64,000 bases of DNA, from assembly GCA_964571255.1 (NCBI GenBank), contig CAZNAA010000001.1, positions 620,666-684,665 on the forward strand. Direction: 5' to 3'. Positions 19,831 through 27,657 of this stretch are shown here, one piece after another; position 1 is the stretch's first letter, and each line of letters opens with the position of its first letter. The translations under genes were made by a program, and so were the position numbers. Source of the stretch: an uncultured Gammaproteobacteria bacterium. GTDB lineage: Bacteria; Patescibacteriota; Microgenomatia; Levybacterales; UBA12049. The notes under the pieces were generated by a model that saw nothing but the letters and a program-made list of their open reading frames with translations, ran no database searches and had not been told where the DNA came from.

Positions 19831-19858
19831 TTTATAAAACCGGAGCAAAATGAGTCAA
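19831..19858 (-). promoter_or_regulatory. Promoter TTGACT(19853-19858)-N16-TATAAA(19831-19836) for lon-like/rnj operon
   Basis: near-consensus hexamers on minus strand. Confidence 0.35.
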
Positions 19859-19867
19859 AGACTACTC

Positions 19868-22258
19868 TTAATAGTGGACTTTACGACGAGCTGAGGAGGA
19901 AGGAGATGAACTCCGTCCGTCCCGAGAAGCATTTTGTCTTTTAAGTTGTTCTGTTAACGGATGAAGTGGTGGTCTATCACTACTTGATCTCTCTGGTCTA
20001 GGTCCCCTGTATCCTCCACTAGCTGCTCTAGGTCCACGATCTCCACCACGTCTATCTCCTCCACGATCTGAATAAGGAGGGCGACTTGTGCCTCCACCTT
20101 CTCTTCGAGGTCCACGATCTCCACCACCACTACTTCGTGCTGGTCCTGTATCTTCACTATCTAAAAGCATAGTCAAATTAATTCGTCCTTGATCATCAAT
20201 TTCAACTACGCGCACCTTTACCATTTGTCCAAGTTGGACAACGTCTTCTGGACTGTTTACAAATTCTTTGGACATTTTGGAAACATGAACAAGTCCTTCT
20301 TTTCCAGGAAGTACCTCAACAAAAGCTCCAAAATTTAAGATTCGTTTTACTTCTCCTTCAAATTCTTCCCCAACCATTACTTCTCGCATCATGCCAGTAA
20401 CCCAATCAACTGCTTTTTGAACTGATGCTTCGTCCACTCCTGAGACCGTAACAGTTCCATCATCTTCAACATCAACCGTTGCACCAGTTTGAGCAATGAT
20501 ATTTTTAATCACTTTTCCTCCAGGCCCAATGAGTTCTCCAATCTTGTCAACGGGAATTTGGAGTGTTTCAATCTTTGGAGCATACATCGAAACTTCTTTT
20601 CGAGGCTCTGCAATCGTTTTTGTCATGGTCTCAAGAATTTGCATTCGAGCTGTCTTTGCTCGAGCAAAGATTTCAGCAATTTCCTCAACTGAAAGACCTG
20701 GAATTTTTACATCCAACTGAATTGCCGTAACTCCTGTGTCAGTTCCTGCTACTTTGAAATCCATATCCCCTGAGAAGTCTTCAAGACCAATAATGTCTGT
20801 AAGAAGCGCTGATGCACCATCAACTGACATTCGTCCAATCGAAATTCCTGCAACTGGCTTTAAAATGGGAACTCCAGCATCCATTAGAGCAAGAGTTGAT
20901 CCACAGGTTGATGCCATTGAGGATGATCCATTTTGGGAAAGAACTTCAGATACGAGTCTAATGGTATAAGGGAAGTCTTTTTGTGAAGGGATTACTGCTT
21001 GCAAAGCTCGTTCTGCAAGTGCTCCGTGTCCAATCTCACGCCGAGATGGAGAGCCAATTCTTCCTGCTTCTCCAACGGAGAAAGGTGCTGCGGAGTAGTG
21101 ATGGATATAGCGTTTTGACTCTTCACCTTCTGCTGACTCAATAAGAAGCTCCATACGAGGGGATCCAAGCGTTGCAATGGTTAGAGCCTGAGTAAGACCG
21201 CGTTGGAAAACAGCTGAACCGTGAGTTCGTGGAAGAACTCCAACTGTGGTAGTGATTTCTCGGATTTCATCCATTTTTCGTCCATCAGGTCGTTTAGATT
21301 TTTCAACTACATTTGATCTAATTTTTTTAAACATCAAATACTCAACAGCTTTGGATAGAAGTTTTTTATCCATAGTTGTATTTGGATCTGCCATTTTGGC
21401 ATCAGTAGAGATAGCAGTTAGCAAATCATCTGTCTCTGTTCCTGAGCCTTCTTTATTAGCCCTCGTTGCGATCAGTCCTTCAACCTCTTTGGCATAGCCT
21501 TTTTCAACAAATTTAACAGCATCCATAAGCGCTGTATTTTGTGGAACAGCTTGTTTTTTCTGTCCAACCTTTTTGACTAATTCTTCAATAAGTGAGAGAA
21601 TTTTTGCTGTTTCTGTATGAGCCATTTTTACTGCTTCAACTAACACTTCCTCAGAAACTTGAAGAGCTCCAGCTTCAATCATGTTGGTCTTATCTTTAAG
21701 TTGGGAGAAAACGATATCTAAATCCGAATGCTCTGCTTCACTTGCAGTTGGATTTGGAAGAAATTGTGACGAATTTCCTTCTTTTTCTGTTATATACCCA
21801 ATACGAACTGCTCCAATTGGTCCACTCCAAGGAATACTAGAAATAGCAAGAGCTGCAGAAACGGCATTAACAGCAACGATATCTGGCTCATGTTCTGAAT
21901 CAACAGATAAAACGGTTGCAATCACTTGTACTTCCTGTTTGAATTCTTTGGGAAAAAGAGGACGAATAGAGCGATCAATAAGACGGCCAATCAGAATAGA
22001 TTCATCTGTTGGACGACCTTCCCGTTTTACCCAACGACTTCCTTTAATGCGTCCGCCTGCATAAAGTTTTTCAACGTATTCAACACTGAGTGGGAAATAA
22101 TCAATATCATCACGTGCTTTACCCTCAACAACGGTCACAAGTACGACAGTATCCCCAAGAGTTGCGAGAACTGATGCGGTTGCTTGTGGAGCAAGAAGCC
22201 CTGTTTCTAATGTTAATGTTTTCCCTGCAAATTCTGCAGATACTGAGGTCTTAGCCAT
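19868..22258 (-). CDS. pnp: Polyribonucleotide nucleotidyltransferase (PNPase) with ~110-aa Arg/Gly/Ser-rich C-terminal tail
   Basis: two RNase PH domains, KH and S1 domains; tail RGPRREGGGTSRPPYSDRGGDRRGGDRGPRAASGGYRGPRPERSSSD. Confidence 0.95.
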   Translation of the reverse strand: MAKTSVSAEFAGKTLTLETGLLAPQATASVLATLGDTVVLVTVVEGKARDDIDYFPLSVEYVEKLYAGGRIKGSRWVKREGRPTDESILIGRLIDRSIRPLFPKEFKQEVQVIATVLSVDSEHEPDIVAVNAVSAALAISSIPWSGPIGAVRIGYITEKEGNSSQFLPNPTASEAEHSDLDIVFSQLKDKTNMIEAGALQVSEEVLVEAVKMAHTETAKILSLIEELVKKVGQKKQAVPQNTALMDAVKFVEKGYAKEVEGLIATRANKEGSGTETDDLLTAISTDAKMADPNTTMDKKLLSKAVEYLMFKKIRSNVVEKSKRPDGRKMDEIREITTTVGVLPRTHGSAVFQRGLTQALTIATLGSPRMELLIESAEGEESKRYIHHYSAAPFSVGEAGRIGSPSRREIGHGALAERALQAVIPSQKDFPYTIRLVSEVLSQNGSSSMASTCGSTLALMDAGVPILKPVAGISIGRMSVDGASALLTDIIGLEDFSGDMDFKVAGTDTGVTAIQLDVKIPGLSVEEIAEIFARAKTARMQILETMTKTIAEPRKEVSMYAPKIETLQIPVDKIGELIGPGGKVIKNIIAQTGATVDVEDDGTVTVSGVDEASVQKAVDWVTGMMREVMVGEEFEGEVKRILNFGAFVEVLPGKEGLVHVSKMSKEFVNSPEDVVQLGQMVKVRVVEIDDQGRINLTMLLDSEDTGPARSSGGGDRGPRREGGGTSRPPYSDRGGDRRGGDRGPRAASGGYRGPRPERSSSDRPPLHPLTEQLKRQNASRDGRSSSPSSSARRKVHY

Positions 22259-22310
22259 ATAATATTCTTTCTATATACGAAGCGTATTTGGGGAAAAATC
22301 TAAGTCTAGC

Positions 22311-22580
22311 TTAGTCTTTCATTCCTAATTTCTTTAGTATATCACTCATTCGAGTTTTATCAACCTTTTCTAAAAAGTTAATAAGACGACGTCTTTTTGC
22401 AATCATTGAGAGAAGCCCACGTCGACTATGGACATCATGTGCATGAAGTTTCAAATGTTCTGCAAGTTTTGTGATTCTGGTTGTAAGAAGGGCAATTTGT
22501 ACTTCTGGACTCCCGGTGTCTCCTGGAGTTGTTTGGTATTGTTTAATTACGTCTTGTTTAATTGTTGGTGCTAGTGGCAT
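22311..22580 (-). CDS. rpsO: 30S ribosomal protein S15
   Basis: MPLAPTIKQDVIKQYQTTPGDTGSPEVQIALLTTRI...HSRRGLLSMIAKRRRL; start at second ATG (22580); ORF-track start 22601 lies inside the promoter. Confidence 0.9.
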   Translation of the reverse strand: MPLAPTIKQDVIKQYQTTPGDTGSPEVQIALLTTRITKLAEHLKLHAHDVHSRRGLLSMIAKRRRLINFLEKVDKTRMSDILKKLGMKD

Positions 22581-22589
22581 ACAAAAGGT

Positions 22590-22618
22590 ATTATAGCACA
22601 TGACTTACTCAGGTGCAA
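22590..22618 (-). promoter_or_regulatory. rpsO promoter TTGCAC(22613-22618)-N17-TGcTATAAT(22590-22598), 9 nt before ATG
   Basis: extended -10 consensus; implies leaderless or near-leaderless rpsO mRNA. Confidence 0.5.
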
Positions 22619-22762
22619 AGAGAATATCATTATCAGTCCGGCTTAGTCGAAGAGTACTAGATTCTTTAACTACTAAACATACTGCAGAAGTTGTCTTTGA
22701 AACAGGGGTTAATTCAAGAGGGTTAAGAAAAATAGCAGTCGTTTCAACCATATATTTCTATA

Positions 22763-23893
22763 TTAGACATTTGAGGAGCCTTTATATACTTTAGGGGTTA
22801 GCCAATCAGCAGGAGGAGTATTTTGTCCTTTATCACTTTGTGGTCTACTTTCCTGTTGGACTACTTGTTCCTCAACTACATCAGAAACTGCAGGAACTGA
22901 AAACGCTAAATCTGCAAAAGGATCTCGTTGAGGTTTTGGTTGGGTTGGTTGTCCACCTTGAGTATTTTGATTACTTTGCGATCTTGGTTGCTGTTGCTGA
23001 CGATTTTGATTCTGTTGTTTTGGCTGTTGGTTTCGTTGCGTATTTTGTCCAATTTGATTTTGTTGCTGTAGCTTTGATTGAGCTGGCTGATTTTGTTGTT
23101 TTGGTTGCTGCATTAAACTCATAAAGTCATCTCTGGCTTCAGTATGAAGAGCACGAGCTTGTTCCCGAGTTGCTCCTTTTTTCATGAGTTCTGCTGCCAT
23201 TTCAAAAGCAAGAAAACTCGTATTATCGTTTTGGAAATTATTTGTTCCGTCAATAATTCCAGAAAGGAGGTTTTGGGCTGCGTCTTGATCAATAGAGGTT
23301 TCATATCCAAGGGTTAAAATAAGATCAGCAACTTGCTCAGAAAGAGAAGAGAATCGACCTGAAACTAAATTAATATCGCCATATCTTTCATTACTGTCAT
23401 TATTATCAATATTTACAATCGTTGCATCTGTTAATGAGTCAGCAGCAATAGATGTATACATATCATCGTTATAGGACACCCCGATGGTGAGCAATAATTG
23501 AATAACTCCTGTTCCGCGGGTAAACTTAACACTTTGTTCATCAAAACTCAAACCAATCTCTCCAGCTTTGACTACAATGTTGAGAAAGTTATCATCCATG
23601 GTATAGGAAACGTTCTCAATTTCTCCGTCTTTATACGGGAAGGAAACAATCAAATCGCCTTCATTTGAAGCAGGCTGAGTGTGTACTTGATCAATACCTA
23701 CTAACGAGCCAACAGCAACGGTTGGTTCTGATCCAGTAATAACTTGGGGGGATTTTTGCAAACTACGCAAAACAAGAGATAAAGAAAGAGCTGCAGCCAT
23801 CTGGTCAACGGTTGGATTTTTTCCTACCAAAACCACGATTTTTTCGCTTTTCTCAATGGTACTTTTAAGATTTTGCAGTAATTGTTCGTCCAT
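22763..23893 (-). CDS. DHH/DHHA1-like (NrnA-like) protein with degenerate catalytic motifs and ~120-aa Gln/Asn-rich C-terminal tail
   Basis: N-terminal IVVLVGKNPTVDQMAAALSL resembles NrnA motif I region but lacks DGD; DHH replaced by DQVH; tail QQPKQQNQPAQSKLQQQNQIGQNTQRNQQPKQQNQNRQQQQPRSQSNQ. Confidence 0.5.
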   Translation of the reverse strand: MDEQLLQNLKSTIEKSEKIVVLVGKNPTVDQMAAALSLSLVLRSLQKSPQVITGSEPTVAVGSLVGIDQVHTQPASNEGDLIVSFPYKDGEIENVSYTMDDNFLNIVVKAGEIGLSFDEQSVKFTRGTGVIQLLLTIGVSYNDDMYTSIAADSLTDATIVNIDNNDSNERYGDINLVSGRFSSLSEQVADLILTLGYETSIDQDAAQNLLSGIIDGTNNFQNDNTSFLAFEMAAELMKKGATREQARALHTEARDDFMSLMQQPKQQNQPAQSKLQQQNQIGQNTQRNQQPKQQNQNRQQQQPRSQSNQNTQGGQPTQPKPQRDPFADLAFSVPAVSDVVEEQVVQQESRPQSDKGQNTPPADWLTPKVYKGSSNV

Positions 23894-23909
23894 ATGTAGC
23901 CCTTATTTG

Positions 23910-25337
23910 CTAACTATGGGATAGTATCACATCTCCAGGCTGGATGTCAAGAGGCGTGGAAAGCAGAATTCCTGCTTCTTTTTTCTCCTCAACTTTGGTT
24001 ACTTGGTCTTTTCCTACTCGAAGAGACGAAATGTGTGTTTCGCCAACGATTTCCTCTCCTCTCATGACTCGAATTTTATCTCTTTGGGCAACGCGTCCTT
24101 CCATAACTCGAATGCCAAAGGCAAAACTTTTCTCAAACGGAAATTTGGCCTGCACTTGAGAAACTCCATAAATTTCCTCCATTCCAGCTAGCTGCTTACC
24201 TTCTAATGCATCAGATAACTCATCAATCATTTCATAAATAATCGTATAGTTTTTAGCCAAAACCTTCTCAGTTGAAGCTAGTTTTACAACTTCTGGTCGA
24301 ATTCGGACGTTGAAACTTACGACAAATCCTCCAACTGATTTGGCCATTAAAATATCTGCCTCACTTACTTCTCCTGTTTTAGCGGAAACTACTTTAATCT
24401 CCTTAGGAAGTGAGGCCATAATAGCCTCAAGTGAACCTTTAGTATCAGCAATAAGGATAATAAAAAGACCGGTATTATCAGCATTAGCTTGATACATTGT
24501 TGGGTTTTCCTCAATAACCGGTACTAGTTCATCTTTTGTAGCTTGAATAACACTTCCCACTTCCAAAACTTCACTCATGCCTAAAATCTCTACCCCGTCT
24601 CCAATAATCGCTTCCTGAAGTTGTTTTCCCGTCTCATCCATCAAAGATCTCACCTTAAATTCATGCTGATCTGCATATAACACATCACGCACGGTGAGTT
24701 TGCCATTTTTGACAATAATAGTTGCCTTTGGACCTGATTTGGGATCTCTTTTTGATTCAATTACAACGGCTTTAACAGGAGCGGTAAGGGAAATATCTTT
24801 TGGAGACTGGAATTCCCAGACAAGTAAGATAAGATCTAGTAATTCTTTAATATTATGTCCTGTAGTTGAAGCTACTTCAATAACCGGAGTGTCTCCTCCT
24901 AATCCTTCCATCAACACGCCTTCTCCACTTAACTGTTGTTTCACTCTATCTACATTTTTAGTTGGGAGATCTGATTTGGTTAATACTACGATATAAGGAA
25001 TTTCAGCTTCTTTTAGAAGTGCGATACTTTCCTTCGTTTGAGGCATAACCCCATCATTGGCTGCCACAATTAAAAGACCGATATCAGCTGCATTAGCTCC
25101 CTGACTTCGCATCTTACTAAATGCAGCATGACCTGGAGTATCGATAAAAGTCATTTTTGAAGATTTTCCTTCATGCTCAATACTAATTGAGGACGTTCCA
25201 ATTTTTTGAGTAATTCCTCCGTGTTCTCGAGCTGCAATAGAGGTTTTTCGAATAGCATCAAGAAGTGATGTTTTTCCGTGATCTACATGGCCAAGGACCG
25301 TAACGACAGGGGCAAATGAGTGTTGTTTCTGTTCCAT
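23910..25337 (-). CDS. infB: Translation initiation factor IF-2, minimal form (G domain + C-terminal domains, 475 aa)
   Basis: VVTVLGHVDHGKTSLLD, DTPGH, TKSD GTPase motifs. Confidence 0.9.
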   Translation of the reverse strand: MEQKQHSFAPVVTVLGHVDHGKTSLLDAIRKTSIAAREHGGITQKIGTSSISIEHEGKSSKMTFIDTPGHAAFSKMRSQGANAADIGLLIVAANDGVMPQTKESIALLKEAEIPYIVVLTKSDLPTKNVDRVKQQLSGEGVLMEGLGGDTPVIEVASTTGHNIKELLDLILLVWEFQSPKDISLTAPVKAVVIESKRDPKSGPKATIIVKNGKLTVRDVLYADQHEFKVRSLMDETGKQLQEAIIGDGVEILGMSEVLEVGSVIQATKDELVPVIEENPTMYQANADNTGLFIILIADTKGSLEAIMASLPKEIKVVSAKTGEVSEADILMAKSVGGFVVSFNVRIRPEVVKLASTEKVLAKNYTIIYEMIDELSDALEGKQLAGMEEIYGVSQVQAKFPFEKSFAFGIRVMEGRVAQRDKIRVMRGEEIVGETHISSLRVGKDQVTKVEEKKEAGILLSTPLDIQPGDVILSHS

Positions 25338-25431
25338 AGTTGTTGTGTGTTATTCATGAGTAAAACAGCTTAGGCTGACTTACTGGGCACCAGTAGGGCT
25401 ATTATAGCGGAAAAAGAATGATTTGGGAAAT

Positions 25432-26601
25432 TTACTCTTTAGTACCGTCTTCAGGAGTTTCAGGAGCTACTTCTTCAGTAACTGGGGATTCTTCTGCACT
25501 TTCAGAAATGTCTTCAGTAGCTTCTACTTCCTCTTTTGGAGCTTCTGAAGCTGTTTCACTTTCAGGTTCTACTTTTTCTGCTGCTGGCTTACTCTCAGCT
25601 ACTTCCTCAACTGACTCTTCTACTACTTCTTCTTTTTTCTCTTCAACTGGAGGAAGTCCTGCTCCTTCAATTTCAATTCTATATCCAGTTAGTTTTGAGG
25701 CTAATCGAACGTTTTGGCCATCTTTTCCAATAGCTAGTGACAATTGATCTTCAGGAACGGTTACTTTTGCTGTTTTTTCCTCTTCATTAATCGTTACACT
25801 AACGTCTTTTGCAGGAGCTAAGGCTTGAGTAATAAAGGACTTATTGTCATCAGTCCATTGGATAATATCAATTTTTTCTCCATTTACTTCCTGCAAAACT
25901 GCCTGAACTCGAACTCCTTTTTGTCCAACACAACTTCCCACAGGATCAATTCCTGGTTGGTCAGAAAACACTGCCATTTTAGTACGAGTCCCTGCTTCTC
26001 GAACAATGGTTCGAACCTCAACACTACCTGACGCTACTTCTGGAACTTCTCGTCTAAATAGTCCTTCAATAAGTCCAGTGTGAGCTCTGGAGACAATAAC
26101 TTCTTCGCCTCTCGTTCCTTCTCGAATTTCTACCAAGTAAAAAGAGAGACGCTGATTTAAGTAATACTTATCAGACCCAACTTGCTCTGATGGAGGCATG
26201 AGCGCTTCAGCTTTTCCAATATCAACAATGATATTTGGTCCTGCAAAGCGAAGAACCATTCCAGCAACAACTGTTCCCATTTTGATTTTGTAATCACTAA
26301 TGATTGCTTCTTTTTCTTTTTCTCTAATTTGTTGGAGGATTACTTGTTTAGCAGTTTGTGCAGCAATGCGGCCAAATCCTGGAGGTGTTACGTCTTTTCC
26401 TTGATGAAGAATTTTTGCTTCCCCTGTACTTTGATTTAATTCAGCTTCATATTCTTCAAGCTCAATTTCTGGATTATCTTTTCTATATGCTGCAAGAATA
26501 GCACTTTTAACCGTATCAAGTACGACTTTAGCATCGACTCCCCTCTCGGTAGCGACTTGGTTTAAAGCTAGTGCAAATTCTGAACGTTGTATAGCTGGCA
26601 T
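25432..26601 (-). CDS. nusA: Transcription termination/antitermination factor NusA with acidic C-terminal tail
   Basis: S1 and two KH domains (GPNIIVDIGKAEALMP, GSCVGQKGVRVQAV, LAIGKDGQNVRLASKLTG); start ATG 26601 (MPAIQRSEF). Confidence 0.9.
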   Translation of the reverse strand: MPAIQRSEFALALNQVATERGVDAKVVLDTVKSAILAAYRKDNPEIELEEYEAELNQSTGEAKILHQGKDVTPPGFGRIAAQTAKQVILQQIREKEKEAIISDYKIKMGTVVAGMVLRFAGPNIIVDIGKAEALMPPSEQVGSDKYYLNQRLSFYLVEIREGTRGEEVIVSRAHTGLIEGLFRREVPEVASGSVEVRTIVREAGTRTKMAVFSDQPGIDPVGSCVGQKGVRVQAVLQEVNGEKIDIIQWTDDNKSFITQALAPAKDVSVTINEEEKTAKVTVPEDQLSLAIGKDGQNVRLASKLTGYRIEIEGAGLPPVEEKKEEVVEESVEEVAESKPAAEKVEPESETASEAPKEEVEATEDISESAEESPVTEEVAPETPEDGTKE

Positions 26602-26608
26602 GTGAGTA

Positions 26609-26617
26609 ATTATAGCA
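26609..26617 (-). promoter_or_regulatory. extended -10 TGcTATAAT 7 nt upstream of nusA ATG 26601
   Basis: minus strand tcTGcTATAATtactcacATG. Confidence 0.5.
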
Positions 26618-26754
26618 GAAGAGACCCGAGCATTCAATCCGTACATGAAAGAATTGACAATAAAAGTCCTATAGTTTACAATTGGAACATGGCAAAGATA
26701 GCTTTCTTAAGCTATTTAGTCGTTCTTTAACAGTAATACATGGGTTTTTCATAT

Positions 26755-26805
26755 CTAGCTTAGGAGATAAGGTTATACCTTTTATAGCTTTTTTTCCTAA
26801 GCTAG
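26755..26805. repeat. 11-bp perfect inverted repeat CTAGCTTAGGA / TCCTAAGCTAG with 29-nt AT-rich spacer at the AT-rich/GC-rich boundary
   Basis: arms 26755-26765 and 26795-26805. Confidence 0.6.
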
Positions 26806-26820
26806 TAGCAAGGGAATCAA

Positions 26821-26842
26821 TACGCTACCACCTGGTAGCGTA
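26821..26842. promoter_or_regulatory. 22-bp perfect palindrome TACGCTACCA-CC-TGGTAGCGTA 25 nt upstream of ATG 26868 (operator-like or 5'-UTR stem)
   Basis: 10-bp arms, GC-rich like the downstream gene; followed by AGGAGG RBS. Confidence 0.55.
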
Positions 26843-26867
26843 TCTCATCCAGCAGGAGGTAGTCACC

Positions 26868-27467
26868 ATGGCGATCAACGGAAAGTTTGTTGCGTCGGCG
26901 ACGCTACTCGTTAGCCTCTTTCTCTTAGCATTACTAGGCGGAAAGAGCGGAGTGGGGTCAGAACACTACATCCCGCGTCATCAGAGTATTATTCTCATCG
27001 CTACACCCGCACTTGAGCGGGGAGAGTGCTTCGAACTTCGTTTGGAGATCGAGGAAACCTACTCCCCGACCGAACGGATGTATCACACACGAACCTTACT
27101 CACGAAGGAGGATTGGTGCAAGCTGATTGGCGCGGAGCCAGAGCTTGTCTACCAGGTCGGCAAAAATATCCGATCCGCCTCTTCTCAAATATCGATAGAT
27201 GGAGGAACGGTACGGATCGGAGGGCTTCTGAGGCCATTTGGTGCTCAGGAGCACTACAGCGTCACATACCAAGTGACGATAGATACCAGCTGGAAGTGGC
27301 AAGAGAGCTTCGGGTCCAAGGGGCCCGAATACACTCTTTTCCGCATGGGCGATAATCAAAACTCGCCCCCGGCAGATTACATACTCGAAATCACGGAACC
27401 TGAAGGAGTCTCCATTCTCACTGATGAGGGGAGGTATTCCAACTTCGTGATGTCCAAGTCACGCTGA
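26868..27467 (+). CDS. Hypothetical secreted protein encoded in a GC-rich islet (~199 aa, N-terminal signal/TM)
   Basis: AGGAGG 8 nt upstream; MAINGKFVASATLLVSLFLLALLGGKSG...; local GC ~55% versus ~38% flanks. Confidence 0.55.
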   Translation: MAINGKFVASATLLVSLFLLALLGGKSGVGSEHYIPRHQSIILIATPALERGECFELRLEIEETYSPTERMYHTRTLLTKEDWCKLIGAEPELVYQVGKNIRSASSQISIDGGTVRIGGLLRPFGAQEHYSVTYQVTIDTSWKWQESFGSKGPEYTLFRMGDNQNSPPADYILEITEPEGVSILTDEGRYSNFVMSKSR

Positions 27468-27487
27468 TTGATGAGGGGTGGCTGTCC

Positions 27488-27514
27488 ACAGTGGGCGGCC
27501 ACCTGATCCCTATG
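27488..27514 (+). terminator. GC-rich hairpin GGTGGC-N15-GCCACC (loop contains palindrome CCACAGTGG) after the islet ORF; no U-tract
   Basis: seen directly; weak as intrinsic terminator. Confidence 0.3.
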
Positions 27515-27657
27515 AAAAAGCCTTTTTGTACCTAGTGAAAATTTTTGAAGTCTTCATTTATCTGCAATTGCGCAGAGAAAAAGGAGATTGAGGAAAGATC
27601 ACAAAATACAAAGCGGTGAGAGGAGCAATCTGCTTCTTCCCCATGTATTACAACAAC

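Noticed and set aside
22840-23124. 94-aa plus-strand ORF opposite the Q/N-rich tail of the DHH-like gene
   Set aside because: Artefact of CAA/CAG repeats read in reverse (Leu/Val-rich).
27026-27359. Overlapping 109-aa (+) and 87-aa (-) ORFs inside GC-islet 1; 81- and 91-aa ORFs at 36647-37088 in islet 2
   Set aside because: High GC suppresses stop codons in all frames. These ORFs have no RBS and overlap the better-supported frame.
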